Origin: Octopus sinensis
Taxonomy: Eukaryota
Reading direction: 5' to 3'
NCBI RefSeq assembly: GCF_006345805.1
Contig: NC_043015.1
Coordinates: 15,934,001-15,998,000, forward strand
Length of the DNA stretch: 64,000 nt
Below, piece by piece: positions 37,500-51,822 of this stretch. Position numbers and translations under genes: made by a program. Numbering within the stretch: position 1 is the first letter of the stretch; each line of letters opens with the position of its first letter. The notes below the pieces were generated by a model, which worked only from the letters and a program-made list of their open reading frames with translations, was not told the origin of the DNA and did not search any database.

Positions 37500-37725
37500 T
37501 ACAAATTCTTTTCTACTCTAGGCACAAGGCTTGAAATTTTTGGGGAGTGGGCCAGTCGATTAGATTGACCTCAGTATGCAACTGGTATTTCATTTATCAA
37601 CCCCAGAAGGAAGAAAGGTAAAATCAACCTCAGTGGAATTTGAACCTAGAATGTGAAGACAGATGAAATACTGCTAAGTATTTTGCCTGGTGTGCTAACG
37701 TTTCTGCCATCTTGCTACCTTTCTG
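37500..37725 (-). mobile_element. Core-domain SINE
   Basis: GATTGACCTCAGTATGCAACTGGTATTTCATTTATCAACCCCAGAAGG...GGAATTTGAACCTAGAA...TGTGCTAACGTTTCTGCC. Confidence 0.85.
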
Positions 37726-40700
37726 CATTATACAAATTTATCTAAAAACGAGTTTCACCTGTAGGGTTCACACTTTCGGGGTGGATAATTATTAACAAAA
37801 ATAATTATTAACAAAAATAAATGGCTAATCGAGGTGGGTTATGTTTAGTTTTAGAGTAGAGGAGGTATGTTTATGGAGAGCAAGAAAAAAAAAGAAAAGA
37901 TTGACTGGCACAAAGATATTATCCAATGTGATAATGAGTTGGATTTTAAAATCTTCTAAGGAACTCATTTAAGTACATATTTCCAAAAAATAACTTGGCT
38001 GTGTTATTTTTCATATAGAAGTTTTTCCTAGTTTTATTAATCTATTTTGAAATAAAATAAAATATAATTCTAAACACAACTTTATTTTTAAGCCTTTTTT
38101 TTTTGTTGGTTCATTTAAACATTTACATATAAAATATTAAATATATGTGAATAAGTGCAGTAAAAATTGTTGTTTGGATGAAAATAATTTGGGCGTTTTA
38201 TTTAACTTGTTTTTATTTTATTTCTAATAATCTCAATTCATTTCCTTTTTAGAAGTGCTCTATTAACATAAATACATGCATACATGAGACTGATAGGCAG
38301 TTTTTCCAAGTTTGCATGTCTTCATTCAATGTTTTTACAGCTGGATTCACTTCTTTGCACTAATTGCTCTGTTACAAAGTGGGACTGATATATTTGTTGC
38401 TAGACAGATTGAAGCATGCACAGTAAGGTGTTCATTCAATGACTCAAAAACCAAGTCTGCATTGAGATTTAAATTGCTTTTCAAAGAATTTTGCTACTAG
38501 TTGTAATGTGTGTTTTTCTATCAACATTCATTAAAAAGTAGCAGGTTTCTATCAACTTGCTTATCTTAATTAGATCTGAATTACTGCAGTACAGTAATTT
38601 TTGCAACTTGTATCCAAGTGGTTTTAATCTTCATGTAGCCAGATATTATACTGCAAATATAAGTACAATCTTGAGGGCCATGAAAGCTAATGGCTAAAAG
38701 TGATAACTCCAAAAATAAAACACCATTCATCTTATCCTTATCACCTTAATATATTTTTCCATGAATGATATGCAGTCTGAAAATTTCATTTGGCTGGGTT
38801 TTAGTGCAGCTATGTTCCCTACTAATTATTAGCTCTTATCAAAGCAGGATGAGTGTATTTATCATGGTACTGATATAAGCACTAAGGAATTTGTCTTTCA
38901 AACTGAAAAGTCCTATCAAAAGTGAAAAAAAAGTAAGACAAGCTAATTAATCACATTAGAAAACAGTAAATGTCAAGTTTTGAATAAGATTAGTTTTGTG
39001 TGGGATGCTAATCAATGGAGCCACTGCTGTTTCTTACTTATGTGATGTATAAGGCAATCAATGTACTCAAGAGGATTCTGGTCTGTTTAAGAAATATTCA
39101 GTATATCAATCCAACATCTGTTCACCACCTGAAGATTCCTATCAATTACAGAACTCAAATTTATCTTTGATTCCCCTTATTTTTTCTGTCCCTATCAGGA
39201 TTTCTTAGCTGATGACATTTACAAATTATAAAAGAAACTAAACAATGGGAAATTTCACATAATTCATCCTCTTTTGTGTTTAATTTCCTCATCAGATTTT
39301 CAAAATCCAAAATCAAAGATATTCTGGTTTTCTCTTTCATGCACCTGATGCCATTTTATAATGTGTAGGCTGAATACTTAAGTTAATCTTGTCAGAATTT
39401 GAGCCAAGATCCACAAAGTTTCAAATTTAATGCTGAACTATGCCAAACTACTTTCCTTCATTATTTTAGTTGAAAAAAGAAATATCCATTAATCTCTTAT
39501 GCAGTATTCTGCATAGAATTTAACAAACTCAGTTAATTCACGCATATATATGAAACAGTCTTTATTTGTGAACAGGACCATGCAAAGTTGGTTATAGGTC
39601 CAGGTCAGCTGTGATATGTAGCTCTCCATTTCAATTGATAATAGATCCAAGCAAGATGTAAAAAACAGGATATCCTTTCTAATTACTCCCATTTAGTAAT
39701 TAGAGCTAAATACAAATTACTTGTGTATGGCTTACAAGTAAATACATGTACCTGTAGAGTGCAAGATGTAAGAACTAGTAAGAGAACTGAATAAATGAGC
39801 AAGAACAGCTTATATAAAAGTTATTCTTTACCAGAGCCTCTAACTGGCTGGAATTTCCTTCCTCAAAGTCATAGTTCCATGCCAGCTGACCCACTTCCCC
39901 CACTTCCTGCTCGGGCATGTTTCTGAATAATAAACAGTCAAGGCTCTTACATTTGCTATACTTGCTAGAAATTGCACCTTCTGATTATTAAAAATAATTG
40001 CTTTTTTTTTTTGTTCTTTTTGGTTTTTTTCGCTGCCACTTGTTTTTCTCTTTCCTTTTTGTTCTTTAGCTTATAATGTGCCTACTGATTATATAACCAA
40101 CTTATAATTCTTTTTTGACTGGAAAGCGATGTATTTTAAAGTTAAGTTTAATGGATTCTCAGTCTCTCAGTATAATTAGGAATAAAGACAAAAAAAATAG
40201 TAAAAAATATGACAGTATTAAAAGTTTATAACCAATAATTTTAAAATATACAAATGAAAGGAAATTTCCATCATTCTATACTGCTCAAATTATATCTGTT
40301 AATGAACATTTGAATTATATAACTTTATTGTAGCTGCTTGGCCAATAAGAAATAAGATGCATTTCTTTTTACCAGGTGGAATTCAAAGCCTCAAGCTCAA
40401 ATAAAATAATACACTGAAGTTAGTTCATCTGGCTTAAGTCTTCTTATCAAAATAATGGTCTAATGTCTTTAAAATTAATATTTCTTATATGCTTCATAAA
40501 AGTTTTTTCACTTAACATTATAATTTTACTGAATATAATAAGGAGTCTTTGTCAACTGACATCAAGTAATAGAGTTTGTACTATGAGTGTTCAGTGAGGT
40601 TTACCACTAAAACCCTGGTCTGGATTGCAACTGAAAGTGTGATGTTAAGACTGCATATCAAAGCTGTAAGAGACTCTGTATGTTTATATTTTCCATCTAA

Positions 40701-40878
40701 ATTAAATGTCATTTTCAAGTGATGCCAAATGTTCTGCATTTCCATTATAGATTTATTCATAACTAACAGCTTATCTGCTGAACTCCTTAATTATTATAGC
40801 ATTACATTTTCTTCATATTATCCTTTTACACAACTATTGCACAATTATCATTCTTGTATATTATAGAATAAACTATTA

Positions 40879-41111
40879 TATTGGGTTGCTGCATAATTAT
40901 TGCGGCTTTTTTTTCAACAAATTTTATTCAACAAAACAATAACAATATTTAACAAAAACATCTTTAAATGATGACCTGACCATCTGCCAAGCAAATGGGA
41001 AGCAGTAATTGAAGTAGATGGTGAATATACTTCAGAATAATCATTTAAAGATGTTTTTGTTGAATAAGATTTGTTGAAAAAAAGCTGCAGCAATTATGCA
41101 TCAACCCAATA
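40879..41111 (+). mobile_element. Mariner-derived MITE retaining the transposase C-terminus
   Basis: Long TIRs TATTGGGTTGCTGCATAATT..GCGGCTTTTTTTTCAACAAAT / ATTTGTTGAAAAAAAGCTGCAGCAATTATGCATCAACCCAATA, TA flanks; 40984-41040 translates LPSKWEAVIEVDGEYTSE*. Confidence 0.88.
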
Positions 41112-41231
41112 TATTATTCATATTACCAAATATTCCCTATTCCTATTTTGATATTACCTCTTTCCATCTACCCATAATTTTTGAATATTTTTTCTTAGTA
41201 TTGAACTTGAAAGTCCAATAAGGGTTATTAG

Positions 41232-41465
<234 letters not shown>

Positions 41466-42212
41466 ATTATAAATTGAGCTCTTTAATGACACAACTGTAC
41501 CTGAATCTATTTATGGTAATACCCAACACTCTCTTCACAATACTTGCCTATATTACATCATTACCTAATACTCACATAGCATTTTTACCTATCATCCCAT
41601 ATTCATATGCTAGCATTACTTCCTACTTATACTATAACATTACTCACTTCACTTAACCCTTTTTTTCTACTCATATTTCCAGTGACTACATCAACATAAC
41701 TAATTACCATCAATTCCACCTCATACAACTCTATGATAGTTGTACTTGAGTTTCTGTAAGAAATACCAATGCATATTTTCTACTTACCCCTCGAAATTTG
41801 AGCTTTTATTCTTTTTTTTCTCTCTCTCTCTCTCTCTCTCTGGAGCAAATATGTATATCTATTGTACTTATATATACTTATTATTATATGATACAAAATA
41901 TTATTCCCATTAAGATGTTTTATCTTATCAAAATCAGGTATCTTTAATGTTATTGCCGAAATAAAATAATTGTTAAAATATATGTAAGGCATGTGTGGAT
42001 ATTTCTGCATTGTGAATGCAAGACCAACAATTATAATGCCAAGATACATTCAATTGAATCAGCTATTAAACATTAACTTTTAAAACTGTTAATTTATATT
42101 AAAAATTACTAATATTTAATTCATGAAGTTTTGAATTGCAGTTGGGATAATAATCCCATAACAAATTGACATTATCATGTGGCTTCAATTTTATATAGAA
42201 GCTTTTACACTT

Positions 42213-42432
42213 CACAAGGGGGTGCTGAAAAGTTCCTGGCTTTAAGGGTATTGCAAAAGGTCAGGTTGGAGGCCCAAACTTCCTAGTTCTTTTATAGGGC
42301 TAAGAAAAACTGAAAGACTGCTGCAATAAGTGTGTGAATCTGAGAAGGGAATATGTTCAATAAAATCATAATTAACTGATCCTCCTACATATTCTTTTAC
42401 CCAAACCCAGGAACTTTTCATTACCCCCACCT
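42213..42432 (+). mobile_element. Second mariner-derived MITE
   Basis: TIRs AGGGGGTGCTGAAAAGTTCCTGG / CCAGGAACTTTTCATTACCCCC; 42307-42363 translates KLKDCCNKCVNLRREYVQ*, resembling the mariner C-terminal W.KC...GDYVE motif. Confidence 0.8.
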
Positions 42433-44689
42433 CTACCCCCACAATATTTATCTTACCAATATATTTCTCATTTCTTCTCATTTATCTTTGTACTCAAACA
42501 AAAGAAACCAATACTTCTCTATTGCTTGACACACTATATAGTTATAAAAAAATAAACAGAATCTAGATGGTAGTTGTTTTTTATGAAAATTTATTCCTTT
42601 TTAATAATCGTCTAATTATAAATTTAATAAAGTAATAATGATGATGGACAAACATCATAAGCATAATGCAGCACTAAGTTTTTGAAAATCATTTTTTTTA
42701 AAAGAATCAAGCTCATCTTGGATTATTGAGAAAATGAAGAGTGAATTGTAAATATTGTGTTGGAATTTTCTGCATTTCACTCTCTTGTCATTAGAGCAGA
42801 TTGCCTATATTCAATATAATCAATATCTGGAACATTATAAATTGATGTTATGTTGATGTTAATCAACTAAAAAGTCATGGTATCGTTCAGCCAATAAGAT
42901 TTTTATCAAGATTTTAATTTAAATATGAACAGTATGGGCTGTCTCAGGTAAGTTGAAATTAAAAGCTTTAAGTCCAATTCTTAGAAGAAAAATGATCCTC
43001 ACATTTAGAAACAGGTTTTCTTGCTTACACAGCATTTTAAAAACGCTTACTTTATTACAATAAACTATCTTTAAAAGTTGGGAAATGTTTTTCTTTTTGT
43101 TTCATTTGACAATATCAGGGTAATGTTTCATACATTGACATGAGATCACAAATGGTCAAGTGAAGAGGGCACTAAAAACCAGCTGCAGGGTTAATGGTTC
43201 ATATCCTGTCACAGAGATTGCATTGTATAAACAACCAACACATAGAACGTGACTACTTGTATGACCAAGCACTAACTCTATTATGATTCACTGAATCAAT
43301 CTCACTGTGAAGTAACTATATTTCATTAGCTTGCAATGTTGGGTGTATTCTCTCCTACAGAATATCATTTACCATAGATTTATCTTTCATTCACTTAATA
43401 CAGAGAAACCAGAAATAATTACTGGTTATCAAGATTCTTATAATCAAGAAAAAGATTGAGGTTTTTTTTTATATACACATAGTATATTGTTTATGGCAAT
43501 AAATATACACTTATTCATGCTCATTCATACCACAACCTACCACTAATGAAACTATGTTTATATTCTTGACATACAAACTTCTCATTTAACAAAATTACAA
43601 CGCTTTAAGACACTAAAAACAGAAGCAGTTTTAGCTTATATTTTCATTATGTCTGTGTATTTACTTTTTCTCTTTTATGTACTTTATCAGAAAAGAAAAA
43701 CCAATTCCTATGTCCCTTTTCAGACTGGTTGATGGAAATTTTTCTCACACCAGAGATTTGCACTAACAACACCAGTGATATATTGAGCTACATTGTAAGA
43801 TTGTAGGATTGCTTGTTACTTATCGTTATATTTAACCAATCATATCTTAATAAAATATTCACTACCAGTCAGTCTAGTCATGGCCACCTGATCAATAAGC
43901 CATGTAAATTTCCTCTTATTTCATTTAGCTATCTATGTCTTTATGCCACGATATGACAATACCCAAGAGCCAAGTGGTAGTTAAATTGGGTTAAGAACTT
44001 CACTTGTGCATATATAAATGTTTGTTCATAGCATGAAATTGTCTTGTATTTGAAAAAAATTTGCCACTAAGTTGATATTTGAGAAATTTGAAGTAGGATC
44101 AACTATTATACACCAACTATTGCATGCCGTTTGTATTCAGAGCCACACCCAATGTCTAAAGGCCAGACAGACTGAGATAATTGGAGATTCTAGTGTGAGG
44201 ATGAGTGCTGGATCAGCTTTCTGTTGCTTTCTCCAGTTCCATAGCAGAAATATTCAGTAAGTGTTACTGCATAATTAGAGCTGTTGACTATAATATCCCA
44301 TTTGCTAAGATATAAAGTGGAGACTCTTTGACAATAATTTGATGTCTTATTAACTCAGCCTATGTGTTTGTAAATATATATATATATATTATATACACAC
44401 ACATATATACTTATAAGTTTTTAAGTATGAAAGTACGAAATACTATCCATAACCTATTGATTTTTTTTTTTACTAGTTAAAAGATCTCAAATTTATATAG
44501 AAAGGGAAATGCCTACATCTTTCTCAGAAGCATCATTGGCATGAGTGTACGGAAATAATTACGAACAAATATCAAGGCTAAGCTTGGTCCCATTAGTAAT
44601 TGTCTCTTATACCACACTTCACTTTGAATTTATAATAGTAATAGGGATAACAACAACCAAACTTAGTATTCCCATGCTAGGGCCATTAA

Positions 44690-44865
44690 TTGACAGAATT
44701 GTTAGAGTACTGGATAAAATGCCTTATGGTATTTATTCCAGATCTTGACATTTCAAGCTCAAATCCTGTGGAAATCAACTTTGCATTTCATCCTGCTGAG
44801 GTTAATAAAATAAAGGGTCAGTTAAGTACTGAAATTAATTTAATTGATGGCCAATCTATACTAAC
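44690..44865 (+). mobile_element. Core-domain SINE, old
   Basis: CAAGCTCAAATCCTGTGGAAATCAACTTTGCATTTCATCCTGCTGAGGTTAATAAAATAA. Confidence 0.7.
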
Positions 44866-45489
44866 ATGCAATGAATTAGTATGGTACAACACAGCCCAAA
44901 TCCAAGTCTAACTGTGGGGTCCTAATGATAGGAGAAATGAATCATTGTTTGGTCTACACTGTTCACTTTGTATTACTACTAACACAACACACACATATAT
45001 TCTATTATACACTCACACACTTTCCACTTTTTTTTCTCTTTCTCTAAAAGGGATAACAAGTGTTTCACATTATCTATAGTGCTACAACATGACAATAGTT
45101 AAAAAGCATTATACATATTGTGATGTTACTAGTGATGGAGATGGTGGTAGTGAAAATACTTTCCTTAATGTTGATATTGTATAGTCAGAGGCATCAGTAT
45201 ATCCTATATTGAGAAACTGCGCCATCCTCAAACCAGGTTTTGACTTAAATTTGCTTGTAATTAGATTAAAGGTCTCAGAAACCATACAGTGGGATTAATC
45301 AAGGCATTATGTTATGCCTATAAACCACACACCACAAAAAAGCCACAGCATTTTTATCATGGCACCCACACTGACTCTCAAGAGATTATATTTTCCACTT
45401 AAGGCCTACTATTAGATTGAAGAAGGGGATTGATACAAAAGATTATCCAGCTGGATACAGCACAAAAAAGTACTAAATACCAGTTGGAG

Positions 45490-46150
45490 TGTGTGAGATC
45501 TGATAATCCAACCAATTATTATTTCATGAGCATATTTCTAAAATGGCAACAACCTACAAACAAATGGCAAGCCAGATCTTGAGATTATTTAGAACTAGGA
45601 GTCATGTCAGTCCTGCAGTGTCTTCTACATTAGTGATATGGACAACTGTGTACTAGTATTAGTTACCTCATAGAGTCAAGCTCACCTCATACAGTCAAGA
45701 TGAAATCAACATAATGATTCGTCACAAAGAAGATAGCTTTCATAAAACAACTGATATACAAAAATTATGAAAACTTTACTACTCTATTTCTGGAGTGAAG
45801 AATGGAAAATTGTGTAGAAATTTTTAAATCTGGAAGGTTCTAGAAAGACTGGCTCCAAAATTTAGCATGGAAATTCTCAATTTCAACACTAATGAGGCTG
45901 TCAAATATTTTGCTTTCTATTGGATTGAGTTACTGCAATAGCAAAGAACTTAAAAAAGAACTCAACAATTCAATAGTCTTCCATTAAACATAAAGGATCT
46001 TCATGGAATAGTAAAGTAGATATCAACACATACTGTGTAAGATGGACCTAGCTTAACAGAGAAGCAAATTTATTCATTAGATACCAAACACAAGGCAATA
46101 GCTGCAATAGCATAGATTGTGGTGCCCTAGTATGGCCATAACCTTAGTAT
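45490..46150 (+). mobile_element. Ancient CR1-clade LINE 3' fragment
   Basis: 45531 onward HISKMATTYKQMASQILRLFRTR (cf. HVAKLTMKCRRLAGWILRTFRTR); later WKVLERLAPKF and FNSLPLNIKDLHG; tail GTGGTGCCCTAGTATGGCC at ~46119. Confidence 0.8.
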
Positions 46151-48204
46151 GACTATAGTATATAGTCTCATAGATTTTTAAAACAAAATACAGAAATTAT
46201 TCCTAGAGGAAATAATGACATTACTTAGAAATAAACTAAAGTGTATATTAATTCATTTCTATTCATAGCATCTGCAATTCATTTTGAAAACTTTTAACAT
46301 TCATATTTAATTAGAAGCATTTCCATGCAACTCACACAATAATTTGTTTGAAGGATTTGTCACAAAGTTCTAAAAAAATATCTATTAAAAATGTAGCTTT
46401 ATTAAAATGTAGGTCCTTGTTATGTCATATCACATTAATTTAGGCTATTTTCAATGATAATGCACAAGAAAGGTTATTCATTTTTCTCTAAGAGAGGAAG
46501 TGACTCAATAATAATACTTCCCACTGCTAGTAAACATAAGAGTCTGATCAAAATTTTAAACAATTTATTTTAGGTCTATGATTTTAATTTTATATAGAGC
46601 ACTATTGGTGTTATGCAACAAAAGCTAGGAAAGTTAGCTATAAAAATACCATAAGTTTGGTGCCAAATTCATGTTGCATTATCATACATTTAACTTTAAA
46701 ACATCTGTTTAAACTTAAATCAATCAATTAGTACAGTAGATTATATTAAAAATTTATATGAGAAACTGAAGTAGATCAGTGTTTGATGAGCACATGACAA
46801 AGTATTAGTGGTATATTAGTGTAGTCAGGGATAGATTTATTAAGAACATTGACAAACTTCATTTAAGATTATCTCCATGGATTCTTTATCAAGTTATATT
46901 TTTTTTATTCGTTCAGGTCTTTTGGAAAACTTCAACTTTATAATAGTGGAGTGACTGGAACACTAATACATTATTAACTGTAGAATGGTTTGAGTCTTGT
47001 TGAATTAAAATTTACCAGGAATAGTTGTGAATCTCAATCTAGAGAATCCTAAAAGTTGTGAGTGGGATGTCCTCTGCAAAGAAGATTGTATGTCTATCTT
47101 GTTGAGACACAGAAAAGTACAGATGAAAAAGAAGGAGTGAACAAACAGATTTCAGGAATCATTTTCAGAACTAGAAATACTTTGATCCAGATCAGTTACT
47201 GGCAGATAGGGACAATGAAGCAACACATTTGCAGATGGTCTTAGACAGGAGTCAAAGGAGCAACTGTTACAACTGAATGATCAAGGAAGTGATTAGTGAA
47301 AAGACATGTTGGTATGTAGTAGAGTATGAATAAATACACTTTTGTGTTTCCTCATAGGAAAGAAATCTATGAAGATAATGATGCAAGATATGTTGTCACA
47401 TGAGGATAGCTGGAAGATTGTTACCTTCGTAAAGAAACTTGGAAAACTTGCACAACAGCTTCTTTTTTGTTCTATCCTTATTTGCTTTGTATATTAAATT
47501 TTAAATCTACCCATATATATATATAGGTCTACCTAAATGAATATAAAATGTTTTTGCTCCACCTCCTGTTTGCCCTGTGTGTGTGTATTCTTCCATAGGT
47601 CTTCAAACCCTTTTGTATAATATTTTGCATTGTGTGTATGGGCCCTTGAGGCCAAAAAAAAAGAAACCATTATTATTATTATCATTTATTATATGTACAG
47701 CTTTTCTTTGATCACTAGACTATTGTTGAACCAAAAAAATGTTTAGGGTGATGAAAATAATCTAATTGCTAACAAAGGTACCTAAAACTGTGAGACACAC
47801 CCTATTATAAAAATCCAACTGTGACTGAATCAGAGTAGTAGTAGTAGAAGAAGAAGGACTGTAGAACCAATATTAGGGAAAGCTATACAAATTAAAGAGA
47901 GAAAAAATTGACACAAGAATAACGAAACAAACAAAAAATTCAAATACAGAAATTCCTATTAAATTTTAGTACAATAAAAATCTTGTCTGCAAAACTCAGT
48001 ATTTATAGTTTATCAGAAACTTTCATAAGCTGAAAATAATGTTAGACAAGATGACAGTAGCAGAAATTACAAAAGCATTGTGGTATTTAATCATGTTCCC
48101 TTATATTCAAAGTACACCCCTCCCTCAAATTGTATAACCTTATGTTGAAGCTTGAAATCAATATTACTCACAGTTCTGTTGTTATTTTATCATTATTGCA
48201 AAGG

Positions 48205-48400
48205 CATTGGACAGGAAGAATAACAAGTGCATTGGATAAAATGCATAGTGGCATTTCTACAGTGTCTCTACATTCTGAACTCAAATTCTGCAAAGATCAA
48301 TTTTGCCTTTCAGCTTTTCGGAGTCAATAAAATAAATTGCAGTTGAGCACTAGTATTGGTGTAATTGACTAAACACCCTCCTAGTAAAATTGATGGCCTT
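48205..48400 (+). mobile_element. Core-domain SINE, old
   Basis: TCTGAACTCAAATTCTGCAAAGATCAATTTTGCCTTTCAGCTTTTCGGAGTCAATAAAATAA. Confidence 0.7.
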
Positions 48401-49254
48401 GTACAATACAGTATCAGGCCAGTACTGGAATCAGTTCTCTCTCTTTTTCTATAATTTGTAACTGTAATTCAAAAGTCTAGCCTTGTGCCATAATCATTCA
48501 ACCTGAGAATTATGCTAAGAGTATATGTGTCCATGGAATACTCAGCCACTGACACATTCATTTCACAAGTAGGAATTCAGTTGGTCAAACAACTGAATGG
48601 TCACCATGGACACTGATGGAAAATCTACCATTTTGACTCTTTTATACTAATATAAGCAATAAAAATTAATCTGATGGCACAATGCTACACTTACCTACAC
48701 TCACACAAAGCACATACATGTATTTTTGGGTTTATAAGGTGCACCCCAATTTTGGCAGGCCTAATTTGTGAGAAAAAACCTGCTGCTACCCTTGAATTCT
48801 CAAGCTGAATGTCTCACACATTTTCATATGTAGGATTCATAAAAATTTAGACTGACACTCTTTGATAAATTATTGGTAAGCTAAGTTACAATACTTAACC
48901 TTATCACTAACAAATATCACCAGCATCACCATTATTGTCCATCGTTAATAACACTGATCACTACCAATATGAAGAAAGTGCACCTTATATGCTGAAAAAT
49001 ATGATTCATATCCTTAAACCCCTGACTAAATCATTTTTAATCCTTTTAATGATAACAGCATCTCTTTGGAATGTCTTTCCTGTTTATAATCTCTTTGCAA
49101 CCAATAAACTGATATAAAACTCGACTTTATATTATAATCTGAAGACCTTCAAAAGATGTTAGGTACTGCCCCTCATTTCCATACTAATAAATATTTAAGT
49201 GTAAATTATAAGGGAAATAAATATTAAACCATTTCCTACATTGTTTGTGCTCTT

Positions 49255-49435
49255 ACACCACATAATATATGGTGTTGGTTTATTTATATCCCTATAACCT
49301 AACACTTTAGCAAAAAGATCAATAGAATAAGTACTAAACTTAAAAAGTGAGAGGTTGATTTGCTTGACTAAACCCTTCGATGCTGTGCCCCAGCATGGCC
49401 GCAGTCCAATGGCTGAAACAGTTAAAGGATAAAAA
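49255..49435 (+). mobile_element. SINE 3' half with CR1-type tail
   Basis: Ends GTGCCCCAGCATGGCCGCAGTCCAATGGCTGAAACAGTTAAAGGATAAAA. Confidence 0.8.
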
Positions 49436-49618
49436 ATTGTTTAAAATTTATTCTTTTCAACCCAAGAGTAATTTAATGTTATTCATTCTCTTGTAATGAG
49501 GTTTCATCCTAAATCTTACAATGATCACATATTCCAGTTTCTTGAAGAGTGTTTCTGAAACCTTGGTAGAGAACAAGTGGTTCACCAATAAAGTGAAGAT
49601 GTAGTGTATTTTGCAAAT

Positions 49619-49656
<38 letters not shown>

Positions 49657-49928
49657 TAACTTTAGGTTAGTATCGATATGTTTGTGACATATTTCAACTT
49701 CTAAAGGCAAATTCCCTGCAGTTACAATGGAAAAAAAAATTGTCCCTTATGGTAAAAAGATGTAAAAACACCCTATCTGTCCAGTGTGGCTCACTGTCAG
49801 ATTCCCAGACACGTTTCTAACTCTAGCCATAATCAGTGAGAAATACCAAAGAGAGGACTCTGGACAGACTCAGTTAAGGCCATAGCTTTGACTAAAACAC
49901 AGCGTGTGTATGTATGTATGTATGTATG

Positions 49929-49960
<32 letters not shown>

Positions 49961-50011
49961 ATATATATATAATATATATATATTATAATATATATATATA
50001 TATATATTATA

Positions 50012-50044
<33 letters not shown>

Positions 50045-51044
50045 ATATTATATATATATATTATATATATATATATTATATATATATATATATTATATAT
50101 ATATATATTATATATATATATACACACACACACATGCACTTTATTATTGGTTGGCTATGTCTGGAAATCAAATAAATTCTTCTCTAGGAATCATTTCATG
50201 CCTGAAAATCATTATAAATATTTAGCACATAGATACAGATGTAAGCAACATAATAAAAATTTAACAACAATCAGAGAAATGCCTTCTAAGTAACTTAAGT
50301 TATTTACACCAAGTTATTTGATGGCGAGATACAAATTTAGCAGTTTGTCTTATGCTTGACACCTTAATATTTATGCTTCACTTTGTACTGTGGCGACATT
50401 ATCTTGTACACCTGTCACCTTTTAAAAGTAGTTCACTGCTGACATATATGAAACATACTTAAGGAACATCAAAGTAATTGTAGATATTGAAGCCAACTCC
50501 TAAACAGTGATCAACTGAGCGAACACCAATTACATTCTCTTGTCATGGAGGGGGCAATCATAAAACAAGCACCAAAAGGAGAGCCCAAAACATCAGAGAA
50601 AACTTAGTTATGGTTGATATTAAAGTAAAGCTACGGAATTGCTTAACCTGTCAAATATTTGCCAATGAGATATTAACTGATTGCTTGATTATAATCATCA
50701 CTTCTTTATTGTCCTATTTCCAAAGAAACTAGGTGAAAAAGAAAACTGTGCACCGAAAATATTTCTTATTCAGCACTTCTCATTTAGCAGAGATTTAAAA
50801 ATTATAACTTTATCAGCATTGTGAACCAAATTAAGAAGTGAAATACTGTAGCAATATATGATGGTGAAATAATTTAGCAATATGTAATGAATTTATTATT
50901 GCATAACTTGTGGGTAGTTTAATGTGCTATATTGCAAATAGCTTACATGTTTCTAATTGTTGGTTTAAACAGTTTGTATTGCTCACCTTCAATCTGTCTT
51001 TTATGGTATTCTTAGCAGAGTAAAACTGAGAGATTTATTCTTTT

Positions 51045-51265
51045 ATTCTTTTATTTGCTTCAGTCATTTTGACGGCAGTCATGCTGAAGCACCACCTTAA
51101 AGGATTATTATTTGAAGCAATTGGCCCCAGGACTTATTCTTTGTAAGCTTAGTACTTATTTTATTGGTCATTTTTGCCAAACCACTAAGTCATGGATCAT
51201 AAACACACCAACATCAGTTGTCAAGTGATGATAGAGTAAGAAACACAGACACAAAGATACACACA
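51045..51265 (-). mobile_element. SINE 3' half with CR1-type tail
   Basis: TTTATTTGCTTCAGTCATTTTGACGGCAGTCATGCTGAAGCACCACC...CACACCAACATCAGTTGTCAAG. Confidence 0.8.
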
Positions 51266-51462
51266 CGTAAATATATATACATATATCTCTTATTATAATA
51301 TATTTATAAAAAAGCTACTACTGCTATTTCGGCCGCTAGTCATTTTCACAATTACAGCCAATGAATCTAGTCAATGCAGAAGACATCCATTATGCTCCCT
51401 CCCACAAAACACCACCACGTGGACAATTATGAACTTTTTTATTACACTTAACTTTTAAAAAT

Positions 51463-51510
51463 ATTTTTGATAAGGTTTGTTTTTTCAAGAAGAACTGAAA
51501 CATGTAAAAT
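51463..51510 (+). ncRNA. Minimal hammerhead-like motif, U3-A8 core variant
   Basis: ATTT-TTGATAA-GGTTT...GAACT-GAA-ACATGT-A-AAAT: stems I (4 bp), II (5 bp with G-U) and palindromic III are all present. Confidence 0.5.
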
Positions 51511-51606
51511 CTCTAAGAAAATTAAAATTTATCTTATATAGTGGCATTTTCAAACTTCTTTTTTATAAATATATACCCACCCATATGCCACCTACACTTA
51601 TTATAA

Positions 51607-51665
<59 letters not shown>

Positions 51666-51669
<4 letters not shown>

Positions 51670-51822
51670 CGGGCTTCTTTCAGTTTCTGTCTACCAAATC
51701 CACTCACAAGGCTTTGGTCAGCCTAAGTCTATAGTAGAAGACACTTGCCCAAGGTGTCACGCAGTGGGACTGAACCTGGAACCATGTGGCTGGGATGCAA
51801 GCTTCTTACCACACAGGCATGC
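51666..51822 (-). mobile_element. tRNA-derived SINE 5' half
   Basis: GGGCTTCTTTCAGTTTCTGTCTACCAAATCCACTCACAAGG...CGCAGTGGGACTGAACCTGGAACCATGTGG...AAGCTTCTTACCACACAG. Confidence 0.9.

Noticed and set aside
51320-51385. Minus-strand ...CTAGCGGCCGAAATAGC motif resembling an HHR 3' half
   Set aside because: The upstream core reads CTGCATTGA, not YUGANRA.
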